UHGV virus genome: UHGV-0071814
From: a virus
Length of the DNA stretch: 36,915 nucleotides
Direction: 5' to 3' (one strand)
Shown: one piece after another, positions 1 through 9,541 of the stretch
Layout: every line of letters begins with the position of its first letter
How positions within the stretch are numbered: position 1 is the stretch's first letter
Translations under genes and position numbers: made by a program
The notes under the pieces: generated by a model
What the model was told of the DNA's origin: nothing
Databases searched by the model: none
Seen by the model: only the letters and a program-made list of their open reading frames with translations

Positions 1-491
1 TTTACATTTAAGAAAAGAGCATTGTTTTCATGCTGAGTTATAGTTACAGCCCCGGTAAATGGCTGCCTTACCCCAATTAATGCATCACCTTTTGAATCAT
101 CATTAATGTATGCTCCTGATTGAGATAACTGCTCTTTGAAGTCTGGGCCAAACTGATCTGGATCGTATTTTAATACATTTGGAAAATAAAACTGCTGAGT
201 GCCATAAGCATCGTAAACAGCCATAGAATGGCCTTGCACGGTTACGAATTTGGCAATCTGTCCGTTATATACCGGATATCCAGCAGCGTTAATGATTATT
301 GGTTGCGAAACAGGAATGTGAGAACCGTCTTCGTTCTCTACATAAACCTGAATCTGGTTTTCAGGATTTACCGGGTCAGTGTCAATTTTACCGATATAAA
401 TTTTGCCATTGGCTACGGCTTTAAAAGAACGCGCCATAGTGAAGAGTTGCGAAGGCATACTCACTACAACATTGGCTGTAATGTCTGTCAT
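1..491 (-). CDS. Tailspike protein, N-terminal head-binding domain (partial; gene continues past window start)
   Basis: Minus-strand translation from ATG at 491-489 reads [43 protein letters not shown]..., matching the conserved P22/Sf6/HK620 tailspike N-terminus as I recall it; not in the ORF track because there is no stop in the window. Confidence 0.85.
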   Translation of the reverse strand, partial: MTDITANVVVSMPSQLFTMARSFKAVANGKIYIGKIDTDPVNPENQIQVYVENEDGSHIPVSQPIIINAAGYPVYNGQIAKFVTVQGHSMAVYDAYGTQQFYFPNVLKYDPDQFGPDFKEQLSQSGAYINDDSKGDALIGVRQPFTGAVTITQHENNALFLNV

Positions 492-559
492 TTAATTTGC
501 TCCAGATACAAGGAATCGCCGCAGCATTGCCACAGTGATGCATTATTAATCAAACAAAG

Positions 560-574
560 AGACCACTGTGGTCT
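560..574. promoter_or_regulatory. 15-bp perfect palindrome AGACCAC-T-GTGGTCT in the mnt/tailspike intergenic region; candidate Mnt operator
   Basis: Inverted repeat read directly; lies between the divergent mnt and tailspike starts. Confidence 0.45.
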
Positions 575-637
575 TATTGAGGATGCAACCAGCAGATAAT
601 AAGATGCCGATCCACTCACAAAAGCGAGGCATCAAGA

Positions 638-889
638 ATGGGAAGAGATGACCCGCAATTTAATCTGCGGCTACCTTACGAATTAAAGGAAAAACTAAAA
701 CAGCGAGCCAAATCCAATGGCCGCTCTCTTAATTCAGAATTAGTTCAGATAGTGACTGATGCCGTATCAAAGCCATCCAAAATTTCAGGCTATCGAGACG
801 ATGCGGAACGCATCGCTGATGAGCAGTCTGAACTTGTTAAGAAGATGGTGTTTGATACGCTGAAGGATTTGTACAAAAAACCCACCTGA
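638..889 (+). CDS. mnt: Mnt repressor (ribbon-helix-helix, Arc/Mnt family)
   Basis: 83 aa, MGRDDPQFNLRLPYELKEKLKQRAKSNGRSLNSELVQIV...DEQSELVKKMVFDTLKDLYKKPT; same length and near-identical C-terminus to P22 Mnt as recalled. Confidence 0.85.
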   Translation: MGRDDPQFNLRLPYELKEKLKQRAKSNGRSLNSELVQIVTDAVSKPSKISGYRDDAERIADEQSELVKKMVFDTLKDLYKKPT

Positions 890-906
890 AGGTGGGTTAA
901 TTTTTG
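879..906. terminator. Intrinsic terminator hairpin (AACCCACC-TGAA-GGTGGGTT) with T-tract; mnt stop codon lies in the loop; A/T runs on both sides
   Basis: Stem-loop and flanking A/T tracts read directly. Confidence 0.6.
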
Positions 907-988
907 CATTTACCTGGGCCATATTGACTACTTATAAAATGAGATCAATATTTAATCGCCCAATAACGGGTGTATGTTGAGGTATATC

Positions 989-1168
989 ATGGCGAAAAAA
1001 CCAGGTGAAAACACAGGAAAAAACGGCGGAATATACCAAGAAGTTGGCCCACGCGGCGGTAAGAAAGACAATTTTGCAACCGTCAAGGACAACGAAAGGC
1101 TTCCACCAACAACAAAGCCAGGTCATGGCTGGGTATTGGATAAGCGAACTCCAGACAGCAAAAAGTAA
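989..1168 (+). CDS. YjzC-like small protein (KGG/stress-protein-like)
   Basis: ATG at 989 with GAGG 7 nt upstream; MAKKPGENTGKNGGIYQEVGPRGG...ERLPPTTKPGHGWVL resembles the YjzC-family pattern. Confidence 0.5.
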   Translation: MAKKPGENTGKNGGIYQEVGPRGGKKDNFATVKDNERLPPTTKPGHGWVLDKRTPDSKK

Positions 1169-1174
1169 TAATCA

Positions 1175-1197
1175 AGCCGGGTCACTCCGGCTTTTTG
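1175..1197. terminator. Intrinsic terminator (AGCCGG-GTCACT-CCGGCT + TTTTT) between convergent genes
   Basis: GC-rich hairpin followed by T-tract; sits between the ends of the 989-1168 and 1182-1547 genes. Confidence 0.55.
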
Positions 1198-1547
1198 ATA
1201 TGTCGCTCGCAGAACTCAACAAGCCTGCTCATTAAGTAGCAGTAAGTCTCGTTGGCTCTTCCTGGTTCAACATCAACACCTACCCTTGAGCAGATATCGA
1301 ATGCCATGTGAGCGCACTCATGGGCAATAGTAGATAGTTTGCCATTGAACACGCCTATCACATGCAAAACACCATTCTCGCTACTCATTGTATGAGACGC
1401 TCCGTTGGCGTCCGAGTCATGCACGTCAACGCCAAGTTTTTGATGCAGGCGTTGCCATTCTGGAAAGTCTCTACAAAACACAATTGTACCGCTCTCAAAG
1501 AGCGGAACGAGCATCTTTGGTACGTTTCCAATGTTAACTTTTTTCAT
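1182..1547 (-). CDS. Hypothetical protein with HExxH motif (possible small metallopeptidase-like protein)
   Basis: 121-aa ORF; HECAH within IAHECAHMAFD; AGGAT upstream of start. Confidence 0.45.
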   Translation of the reverse strand: MKKVNIGNVPKMLVPLFESGTIVFCRDFPEWQRLHQKLGVDVHDSDANGASHTMSSENGVLHVIGVFNGKLSTIAHECAHMAFDICSRVGVDVEPGRANETYCYLMSRLVEFCERHIKKPE

Positions 1548-1581
1548 GGTATCCTGCGCAAAACTAAGGAGAGTTAATTAT

Positions 1582-2067
1582 ATGAAAAAATCACTGTTAA
1601 TTATCCCGCTTCTGCTGGCTGGGTGCGCAAAAGTAAGTGACTATCAAGCAAGTTGCGAACAACGCTATCAAAAGCTTAGCGATATGGCTAATTGCCTTGA
1701 TGCCAGTGTGAAGAACGACTCACGCATGGCATCAGCACCAACACCTAAGCTGTATGTCCTTGCTGCAAAGATGCTCGGGCAAGGTGTCGATGAAGGCAAG
1801 ATAAGTGACGCACAGGCAAGACTTGAGCTTCAGAATCTTTATGTTCAATTACAAAGCCAAGAACAAGCCCAACAAATAGCACAAAGCCAAGCATTCCAGC
1901 AGGCTTTATTGAATTATCAGGCTGTAAACACAATGCAAGCGATCGAGCAAAAAGCGCGCCAGCCTGTTATAACTCAACCTTACCCAACACGCGTTGACAC
2001 ATATACAAACTGCAATTCAGGATTTGGAAACGCGGTAACATGCAACAGTAGCAGTAACATCAGATAA
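1582..2067 (+). CDS. Lipoprotein (signal peptide plus lipobox LLAGC), Q-rich C-terminal part
   Basis: ATG at 1582 with GGAGAG upstream; MKKSLLIIPLLLAGC; start trimmed from ORF-track 1531. Confidence 0.65.
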   Translation: MKKSLLIIPLLLAGCAKVSDYQASCEQRYQKLSDMANCLDASVKNDSRMASAPTPKLYVLAAKMLGQGVDEGKISDAQARLELQNLYVQLQSQEQAQQIAQSQAFQQALLNYQAVNTMQAIEQKARQPVITQPYPTRVDTYTNCNSGFGNAVTCNSSSNIR

Positions 2068-2157
2068 CAATCAGCAAAGGTATCGCCTATGCAGAGGAAT
2101 ACGATAAACCTCGCGTTCTACATATTTGGTTTTTGCACGTTCCTGGTGTTTGAAAGG

Positions 2158-4155
2158 CTATTCTGACAACGAATCAGACTTAGCACCCTGCGTCAGTGCA
2201 TTAATCGCTTTTTGCGCTTGCTGCATGGCTTTCTCAAACGCTGTCGATCCGCGTGGTGTGTTTGCCATTCGGAGCATTGCATTTCTGAATGGTTCGCTCT
2301 CATAGGCGCGAGTAAGAAGTCCGTAGCTTACCGCTGCGCCAGTTGTCGCCGGGTTCATTGCTGTCCCATACCCGATAATGAACGGGATGGTTTGCTGCCC
2401 TGTTGGTGTTGTTACTGCCGCTTTTGCAGCCTGCTGCGTGGATTGCAGGTAGTTTTTCAATCCTTTCAGATAAGCAGCGTCCTGCCCCTTAAATGTGATG
2501 CCAGTCTGGTTTTGCAGGATGTTAAGCTGTCGAAGGAACTGATCAGGGGAACCACCTGATTTCTCCATCGCCTTTCCAATGATGCCATTGCGCATTTGCG
2601 CCCTGCCAACACGACCAACTGAGTTATACAGCGTCTTAATTTCCGATTTGTTCTTGCTGAATAGCATGTTGTTGACAACTTCCGGCGTCAGGTCGCCTTT
2701 CATGAGAACATTCTTCAGCATGGTATTCTTTAGTTTCGCCGCTTCGTCAGCGTAGACGGCATTGGCCTGCTGATATTTACGGAGAGTATCGTTGCCAAGA
2801 TTCTGACCAATGGCACCATTGATATCGTCGGTCATTGCCTTGTAAACGCGCTGAATGGCAGCATCGGAACGGTTTGGTAACACTGGTCGCTCACCCTTCA
2901 CATCCATTCTGAACTGGCTGCGCAGATCGCTTAATTGCTTCAAATCCAGATTTACCGGACCATCAGGACCAGCATTGCGAACAAGCTCATCACGATAGGA
3001 CTGAAGTTTTGAAATAGTCTCGTTATCAGCAACCTTACCAAGCTTCTGCAGGTTAGATATTTCTGTATCAATCTGCTGAATTGCTCTTGCAGGCTGAATG
3101 TTTATTCCCGCCATAGCATTCTGAACCTGCTCCAGTCGATTACCGGCGGCACGACGAATTCCTGATGTTTTCGCTTTAAGGCTGTCAATAACAACCGCTG
3201 GATCATACTCACCGAATTTATCAGCAAATCTCTGAACCAACTGGCTTCTCGCTTCCTGTTGCGTTGCTCTCATTCCGCTTGTGCCAGCCAGGGGGATATT
3301 TTCTGCTGTCGTTTGCGCCATTTTTCCGACGCGGGAAGTAGGCTGTAACAGGTCTGTGGTGTGCAGAGGAACTCCTTCACGCTCTGCAAATCTGATAGCC
3401 TGCTGCGCTTCTGGCGCAATAGCACCACGAACGCCACGATAAGCAGCACCTAATCCACGTCCGGCAGCGTTAATAGCACCGCCAGCCAGAACGCCAACGC
3501 CTAAATCGGTGGCGAGTGCTTCCGCATCATCTTTCGCACTATTTGCAGCAAGTGATCCAACTGCGTTTTCTGCTAGAAGGCGAGTTGCCCCCTGAGCAAT
3601 TCGACCAGCAAGTGTTGGTGCCTGTGCTGCCGCTCTCTCAACGCCAGCAGGAGTGAGGTAAGGCAATGCTTCAGCAAATACCCTTCCCTCTGTCGTTTGT
3701 GGAGTGAGCGCGCCTTGCTGAAGGCCAAAGTCCTGCTCTAACCCCTGCGTTGTTACTCGTGGCGCTGGTTGATATGTACCATCGCCAATGCCGAGTTTAC
3801 CGCCAGCCCATGCCGCCGCGCTTGTTACAGCATCGGCAACTGATGCAGGTATGTTTGCCACGTTCACGCCAGCCTGCACCAGTCCGCGACCAGTTTCTTT
3901 CACGGCTTCACCAAGATCCGACATAAATCCACTTTGCTGTGGTTGTTGCTGTGATACTGGTTGTTGTGTCTCCACTGGCTGCACAGATGGCAATGGATAG
4001 GCAGCATAGAAAGCTTGCTTAGCCTGCTCTGCATTTTCTCCGGCTTGCGGGGCAACGACTTCATTGAAGTATTGCTCCTGAGCCTGCGCTTTTTGTTCTG
4101 GTGCTAACGCCTGATACTGTGGAGAGGCGATAACATCTTTCCATGCTTTAGCCAT
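2158..4155 (-). CDS. DNA ejection/injection protein (P22 gp16-like)
   Basis: 665-aa Ala/Gly/Gln-rich protein at the end of the gp7-gp20-gp16 block after the tail needle. Confidence 0.7.
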   Translation of the reverse strand: MAKAWKDVIASPQYQALAPEQKAQAQEQYFNEVVAPQAGENAEQAKQAFYAAYPLPSVQPVETQQPVSQQQPQQSGFMSDLGEAVKETGRGLVQAGVNVANIPASVADAVTSAAAWAGGKLGIGDGTYQPAPRVTTQGLEQDFGLQQGALTPQTTEGRVFAEALPYLTPAGVERAAAQAPTLAGRIAQGATRLLAENAVGSLAANSAKDDAEALATDLGVGVLAGGAINAAGRGLGAAYRGVRGAIAPEAQQAIRFAEREGVPLHTTDLLQPTSRVGKMAQTTAENIPLAGTSGMRATQQEARSQLVQRFADKFGEYDPAVVIDSLKAKTSGIRRAAGNRLEQVQNAMAGINIQPARAIQQIDTEISNLQKLGKVADNETISKLQSYRDELVRNAGPDGPVNLDLKQLSDLRSQFRMDVKGERPVLPNRSDAAIQRVYKAMTDDINGAIGQNLGNDTLRKYQQANAVYADEAAKLKNTMLKNVLMKGDLTPEVVNNMLFSKNKSEIKTLYNSVGRVGRAQMRNGIIGKAMEKSGGSPDQFLRQLNILQNQTGITFKGQDAAYLKGLKNYLQSTQQAAKAAVTTPTGQQTIPFIIGYGTAMNPATTGAAVSYGLLTRAYESEPFRNAMLRMANTPRGSTAFEKAMQQAQKAINALTQGAKSDSLSE

Positions 4156-5456
4156 TAATCACCCCATAGCGAAGAAAAGTTACTGCCAGTAGTAGATTGT
4201 TGCCCTGGCATATTCTGCACCGGCTCCTGATAATCAAACTGTTTTTTAACAGTGCTCAACTTGCTTTCAAGCTGATTTCTAATCTTTCCGATAGAGTCAC
4301 GAAAAGCCTTTTCACTCATTTTGGGGCTTAGGGCACCAACCGCATCGGATAATTTTTTACCCTCTGCATCTGAAAGAGCGCCCATACCCTTCAGGGACTG
4401 CACCATAGGAAGGAATGTTTGAGCTTTAAAGGTGTCGAGCCTTGCTTCAAAGTTAGCCGCATCAGAGCCAGGAACTGTCGGAAACGCTGAGCGAATTCCT
4501 ACTGCTTTTGAAAGGCCGGGGCTTTGCTCTATCTCGTTGAGAGAATCAAGCGCGGTGCTGAACGTATCAACTGCACCCTGAGCGGCGGCCTGCCTGTCAG
4601 CGCGGGCTATGTCAGCCTTTTGCCGAACATCTGCCTGTTTCTGTTTTAGCTCTTCAAGCTTTAACTGATTGCTTTCTCTGGCTATCTGTCTGTCCAGAGC
4701 CTTTTCTTGTAATTCTGCTCTTTGTATTTCTCGGGAAAGAGCAGCATTCTGTGCGCTGATGTTCTGTCCACGTATCTGGATGTCCTGACCTCGAGCTGTT
4801 AGTGCTTCTCCTGCCTGATTGCTGCGGATTGTCTCTGCCAGCCTGCCTCGGTCAATCTCACGACCAGCCATCTTGTCCTGAACATTGAAGTAATCAATCG
4901 GACCAAGAGCAGCCATTCCAAGGTGATCAACAAACTCACCAAATCCTGAAGGATTCTGCTGATACATCTGAGCAACGTTATTAGGGTCAACACCGACGCG
5001 AGTCAGTTCCTTGGCGTTGTTTTGCAGCCATGATTGCATTGCTTCTGGAGACGATGACGCAAGGCGTGCGCCAGCCGCTAAGGTACCGATGGAATTGCGC
5101 TGGTCTTCGTCTGCCCACTTCATACCAGACTGAATCTTCTCTAATTGACCAGGATATTTGGTCATCAGATTTCGAACCTGCTGTCGATCGCCGGACTGGA
5201 TGGCTGCCGCATATTCTTTTTGGAATGCAGCATCCGCTTCCTGTTGCTTTGCGGCTTGATATGCTTGAGCGACACTACCAAGACCCTGCAACGCCTGAAG
5301 GCCGATGTTATTGCGACCTGAGCGCTCCATTTCGTTGTTCTGGCGAATATAGGCCAACGCCTCACTTACATCACTTGCCTTTGGCGCATTTGAGTTTTGC
5401 CCACCGATACCAGCAAGAAAGCCGCCTGAGTTGATTCCTTGTTGCCAAGTAGCCAT
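4155..5456 (-). CDS. DNA ejection protein (P22 gp20-like)
   Basis: 433 aa, coiled-coil-rich, correct synteny; start overlaps upstream stop. Confidence 0.7.
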   Translation of the reverse strand: MATWQQGINSGGFLAGIGGQNSNAPKASDVSEALAYIRQNNEMERSGRNNIGLQALQGLGSVAQAYQAAKQQEADAAFQKEYAAAIQSGDRQQVRNLMTKYPGQLEKIQSGMKWADEDQRNSIGTLAAGARLASSSPEAMQSWLQNNAKELTRVGVDPNNVAQMYQQNPSGFGEFVDHLGMAALGPIDYFNVQDKMAGREIDRGRLAETIRSNQAGEALTARGQDIQIRGQNISAQNAALSREIQRAELQEKALDRQIARESNQLKLEELKQKQADVRQKADIARADRQAAAQGAVDTFSTALDSLNEIEQSPGLSKAVGIRSAFPTVPGSDAANFEARLDTFKAQTFLPMVQSLKGMGALSDAEGKKLSDAVGALSPKMSEKAFRDSIGKIRNQLESKLSTVKKQFDYQEPVQNMPGQQSTTGSNFSSLWGD

Positions 5457-5465
5457 ATTCCCACC

Positions 5466-6140
5466 TTAAAACAATGATCCAAGCCCACCGATAATACCGC
5501 CACCAATAGCGCCAACAGCTGTACCTATTCCAGGCACCACAGAGCCAATCATCGCCCCTGATGCAGCACCGCTCATGGCACCTCCCAAGGCTGATTGCAG
5601 TCCTGATGGTCGGTTAGCATTAGCCGCAGATGCTGCCGCCTGCTGTTGATACAATTGGCTGACGTTGTTAGCGTAGTTCTGTCCGGCATTTGCCTGACCT
5701 GTAAGAGCACCAAGGCCGATATTTGCCAGATTGTTGTAGTTGTTCATCTGACCTGACAGCCAGTTTTGACCGAGTGTAGGTGCGATTGCTGCTAACTGGT
5801 TTCCTGTTGCTGTAGAGCCTAATCCACCAGTTGCCTCTGCTGCTGCCAGACTCTGATAGCGCGCCTGCCCTGCAAGGTCTTTATACTGCTGAGAGTTGTA
5901 ATACTGGTTAAGCGCCTTACCTTGCCCATGAAGAGAGGAAAGATTTTGCAACTCTGATACGTACTGCTGAGCGAGTGGCGTAAACGGTGCAAGGTTCTGC
6001 ATGTTCGTTTGCCACATTTCACGCTGCAGTTCGATGCCCTTCTCAGTGGCGCGTGCCTGGGCTTTTGAACCGCCATCACCGCCACCTTTGCAGTAAACAG
6101 TTTTGCTGAGGTGCTTATTGGCAATCTGGAAAATTAACAT
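5466..6140 (-). CDS. DNA ejection protein (P22 gp7-like)
   Basis: 224 aa, Gly/Ala/Gln-rich C-terminus, synteny. Confidence 0.6.
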   Translation of the reverse strand: MLIFQIANKHLSKTVYCKGGGDGGSKAQARATEKGIELQREMWQTNMQNLAPFTPLAQQYVSELQNLSSLHGQGKALNQYYNSQQYKDLAGQARYQSLAAAEATGGLGSTATGNQLAAIAPTLGQNWLSGQMNNYNNLANIGLGALTGQANAGQNYANNVSQLYQQQAAASAANANRPSGLQSALGGAMSGAASGAMIGSVVPGIGTAVGAIGGGIIGGLGSLF

Positions 6141-6597
6141 TCTTTAGCTCCTCGTATTTTGAGCGCGGTAACTGATAAATCGTGATGCCTACAGGCTTTC
6201 CATTGCTGGTATAAGCATCATCAAGGTGACCAACACGGGTAGCGCCAAGCAAACGGATAATTGACCGTCCGTATTTCGTGGTGTCAGGAACCATAGTGAT
6301 GCTGTTAAGGAATGGTGAGTTTTCGAGAAGCCATTTGCAGAATAATCGATGCCCTTGCAGTGCATATTCGCCACGGAATCCGGGGTCGTACACCGCATGG
6401 CATTCAACAACGCTATGCCAGAAGTTACGCACTTCATGCACTCCGACCAGCATCAGTCCTTCGTAGATGCCGAGGTATACCGCATCAGGCTTGATGTAGT
6501 ATTTGTCTCCACTGTCTACGATATTTCCCGTGTTTGCCGGGTTGTTGAGGAATTCTGCAAGCTTCACCGGATTATCGATGAGCTTTATTTCCATCAC
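6115..6597 (-). CDS. gp14-like virion protein
   Basis: 160-aa ORF between tail needle and ejection genes; assignment by position. Confidence 0.5.
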   Translation of the reverse strand: MMEIKLIDNPVKLAEFLNNPANTGNIVDSGDKYYIKPDAVYLGIYEGLMLVGVHEVRNFWHSVVECHAVYDPGFRGEYALQGHRLFCKWLLENSPFLNSITMVPDTTKYGRSIIRLLGATRVGHLDDAYTSNGKPVGITIYQLPRSKYEELKNVNFPDCQ

Positions 6598-7442
6598 TGC
6601 TCCGCAATGATTTTGATGGTTGTGGCAGTAAACGCCGCCCCATTTGACTGAATGGTTAACGTACTGCCATTTGTGGCAAGAAAGCCGTCTTTATCCACGC
6701 TGAAGAACGTAGCTAACAGGATGTTGTCGGTTGTTGTCGCCGCATTACGACTGCTGACCAACGTGTCAGGAACAGAGCCGGAAAAGGTTAGCTGCATTGA
6801 CCTGTTGGCGGTTCCGCTGGGCCACGTCCCGACGATCGACAGCTTGAAGAACAAGGTTTTGTTCTCGTTGAACACAACCATCTTGTTGTTAACGGTGTCG
6901 AAGAATGGTGCCAACGAGCCTGATGACGGCGTGAGCGTTTTCAGCAGGCTAACAAGGTTGGTCGGCGCTGTCGGGATGGTTACAGATACGCCAGAGTAAA
7001 CAACCTCTGACTTCTTGCGAGTAGTGGCATACTCCAGGGCATCGATGCGCGTTTCATGGTCTGAAACCTGCGACTCCAGCGACTGAACTCTGGTATCAAG
7101 AGACGCAATATCGCTTTCATTCTGAGCGATTCTCGTTTCATGTTCCTGAAGAGTTGATTCTGCCTGGCTGATTCGCTCCTCATGATTAACAAGCGTTGCT
7201 TCCGCAGCAGAAATTCGCTGCTCATGGTCAGCGAGAATCACATCCTGCTCATCGTTCCTGACTTGTGCGTCATAAGCGCCCTGTCCGGCCTCGTTGGCCT
7301 TGTTAGCCACGTTACCAACATCAGTGTCCTGTGCGATAACGTAAAGCAGATACGACTGCGAGAAGATATTGCGTGGAAGGACTGATGTATCAAGCCGCGT
7401 AGCTTGGATGATTACCGGCACATTGAGATTCGAATCCGCCAT
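6594..7442 (-). CDS. Tail needle (P22 gp26-like) with extended C-terminal domain (Sf6-type knob)
   Basis: [43 protein letters not shown]... matches gp26 N-terminus as recalled; heptad coiled coil; 282 aa versus 233 in P22. Confidence 0.85.
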   Translation of the reverse strand: MADSNLNVPVIIQATRLDTSVLPRNIFSQSYLLYVIAQDTDVGNVANKANEAGQGAYDAQVRNDEQDVILADHEQRISAAEATLVNHEERISQAESTLQEHETRIAQNESDIASLDTRVQSLESQVSDHETRIDALEYATTRKKSEVVYSGVSVTIPTAPTNLVSLLKTLTPSSGSLAPFFDTVNNKMVVFNENKTLFFKLSIVGTWPSGTANRSMQLTFSGSVPDTLVSSRNAATTTDNILLATFFSVDKDGFLATNGSTLTIQSNGAAFTATTIKIIAEQ

Positions 7443-8860
7443 TACTCAATCCTTATCTGGCAACCAGACAGAGTGACAGGTGACTTCGTGATAACGCGCA
7501 ATTTGAAACCGACATTTTTCCTGATGCGCCCTACTCGCTTCCACAAAACGCGTTTGTCGTAAACGAACGGTTCATTCTGCTCAATCATCTGCTCACGCCC
7601 GTAATTGATGCCGTCAGTGGTTGCAGAGAGGAACAGGCGGTCGGCGTACTGAGCTACGCCAGTGGATGATTCCACCTCCAGATCGAAGCATCTGGCGTTA
7701 TCCGCTTTGAACAGTGGAGTAAACAGCAGGTGTTCCTGTTGAAGCCCATACTGACTGCTGATATCGAACTGCAATTTCCCGGTCACCGATTCCAGCTTAT
7801 CGCCGCACGTTATCTGATTTCCTTCGTAAATGAAGTCGATAGCGCGGTACACATCGTCATACAAGCCTGTTTTCAGTACACACCATTGTGGGCCATTGGC
7901 GCTTGAAGATGCGTCGTACACGAGGACGTGACGCGGAAGGTGGATAATCAGCAACTCATGAGCATCAAATCGCAGAGACTCCATCACGCCATCAGCCAGT
8001 TCATCAGCAGTGTAGGAGCGGAGGATTTTCTCAATGCTCGCGCTGGCGATTGGTGATACCTGACCAGATCCGATGATGTACACAGACGGCGCACCTGTTG
8101 CCGGATTGCTGATGAACGCATACGAATCAGCGAATGGTGTTTTACAGTAGGTTCCGGCAATACCTTTCTGCACCATCAGCGATGGCTGCGCGACATACAA
8201 AGCAGCACCAACGGTAGTTGCGCCTGTCAGGGAGAAATATTCAATCGTCGATGAACCAAAGCAGACGATGAAGTCTCGCCATGTTCCGATGCCGATGATG
8301 CCGTCAGGCTGAGACTCGGCACGATATTGTGCGCTGTAACGGTCAGGATGTGTTTCGTCATCAAGGTCAGTGATAAACCATGAATCAGTGCCGTCTTTTG
8401 ACCACGCATAACGCCCGCGCAAGCGCGTAATGTCACGAACCGAACCTAACTCATACTGAGTGAATCCGCTATCTGTAGGCCAGTTTGAGACGGTTTTAAC
8501 CGTGCCATCATAGCGGTATTCGACCAGTTGCCCGTTAACACCTACCGCCTGTGATGTCCGACCATGTGCCATTGATACGCGACCACTTCCGGCAACGTCA
8601 CCGACTTCACTTTCGCCTTTGTAGAGCTTGCCACCACACACGCGATAAACAGCACTCTGCGCCATGTTGTACTCGACGCCGCGCGATACACCGTTCACAT
8701 CAGAGCGTTTGGCAATGCCCGGGAATGAGCGAAGATATCCGCTGCTGTTCAGGATTTCTTTGGGTGTAGCCAACATATTCACTGGCAGATAGTCGATATA
8801 GTCAGCGTTTCGAAAGTCTTTGCCGACACCTTTCATAAGCGGAAGTTGCTGAATCGGCAT
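7442..8860 (-). CDS. Tail hub/head completion protein (P22 gp10-like)
   Basis: 472 aa (same length as P22 gp10), synteny. Confidence 0.75.
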   Translation of the reverse strand: MPIQQLPLMKGVGKDFRNADYIDYLPVNMLATPKEILNSSGYLRSFPGIAKRSDVNGVSRGVEYNMAQSAVYRVCGGKLYKGESEVGDVAGSGRVSMAHGRTSQAVGVNGQLVEYRYDGTVKTVSNWPTDSGFTQYELGSVRDITRLRGRYAWSKDGTDSWFITDLDDETHPDRYSAQYRAESQPDGIIGIGTWRDFIVCFGSSTIEYFSLTGATTVGAALYVAQPSLMVQKGIAGTYCKTPFADSYAFISNPATGAPSVYIIGSGQVSPIASASIEKILRSYTADELADGVMESLRFDAHELLIIHLPRHVLVYDASSSANGPQWCVLKTGLYDDVYRAIDFIYEGNQITCGDKLESVTGKLQFDISSQYGLQQEHLLFTPLFKADNARCFDLEVESSTGVAQYADRLFLSATTDGINYGREQMIEQNEPFVYDKRVLWKRVGRIRKNVGFKLRVITKSPVTLSGCQIRIE

Positions 8861-8869
8861 TTATTCACC

Positions 8870-9331
8870 TCACGTACTCGGATCATCTTTCTCGATGTAA
8901 AACCGATTCCACGTAAACGCGCTTTTGTTACCACTACCGCGAGGCATGTCATTTCGCCGCTCAAGTGGTGGTATTTTTGTTAAAGCGATACAGATTGTCT
9001 GATATGCACTGTCAGCAGCGGTCAGGAGAGCATCCGACGGCTGAATGACGTTATCCATGCACACTTGCACAGCGAGCTTCAAAGCGACGCCATCATTTGC
9101 CCATGCAGGGATACCTGAATCATCGTCAGGTAACGGCATGATGCCGTTTTCTGTATCCGCAAACTGATATCCAAGCTCGATACCTTTCGCCTGCCATGCT
9201 GCCATCATGTCTTCAAGGTCATTAATGGCATCTTCAATTGCCTGAGGGTCGGCATCTGTCAACGTGGCATTGGAATACAGCCCGGCTTTTCGTAAAGCCT
9301 TTAGAACGAGATCACCCTTCGTTTTCGCCAT
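8870..9331 (-). CDS. Tail accessory/DNA stabilization protein (P22 gp4-like)
   Basis: 153 aa, position between coat-proximal small ORF and gp10. Confidence 0.6.
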   Translation of the reverse strand: MAKTKGDLVLKALRKAGLYSNATLTDADPQAIEDAINDLEDMMAAWQAKGIELGYQFADTENGIMPLPDDDSGIPAWANDGVALKLAVQVCMDNVIQPSDALLTAADSAYQTICIALTKIPPLERRNDMPRGSGNKSAFTWNRFYIEKDDPST

Positions 9332-9500
9332 CTTCTTCCGCCTTAGCCACTTTTTGCTTCGTTGCGGTTTCTTCAGGAGTTTTTACCCAACCTTTTTTCA
9401 GGTGAGATTTAACTTCTTCGTCATCAACAATGATGTAATCGACAGCAAACTGACCACAGGTGATCATGTTGCCAGGCTTATAGAGCATTGTTCGTGCCAT
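9312..9500 (-). CDS. Small hypothetical protein downstream of coat gene
   Basis: Start moved to internal ATG (MARTMLYKPG...) with GGAG upstream; ORF-track start would sit in the terminator hairpin. Confidence 0.35.
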   Translation of the reverse strand: MARTMLYKPGNMITCGQFAVDYIIVDDEEVKSHLKKGWVKTPEETATKQKVAKAEEDGENEG

Positions 9501-9514
9501 TGTCTTCTCCCAAT

Positions 9515-9540
9515 AAAAATGGGGCCGAAGCCCCACCAAA
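9515..9540 (-). terminator. Hairpin (GGGGC-TTCG-GCCCC) with T-tract just after the coat gene; likely partial terminator
   Basis: Stem-loop and T-run read on the minus strand. Confidence 0.5.
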
Positions 9541-9541
9541 A

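Noticed and set aside
228-599. 123-aa plus-strand ORF
   Set aside because: Lies antisense to the clearly recognisable tailspike N-terminal coding sequence and intergenic operator region; no RBS and no plausible product.
5819-6124. 101-aa minus-strand ORF
   Set aside because: Nested in an alternative frame of the gp7-like ejection gene; no independent support.
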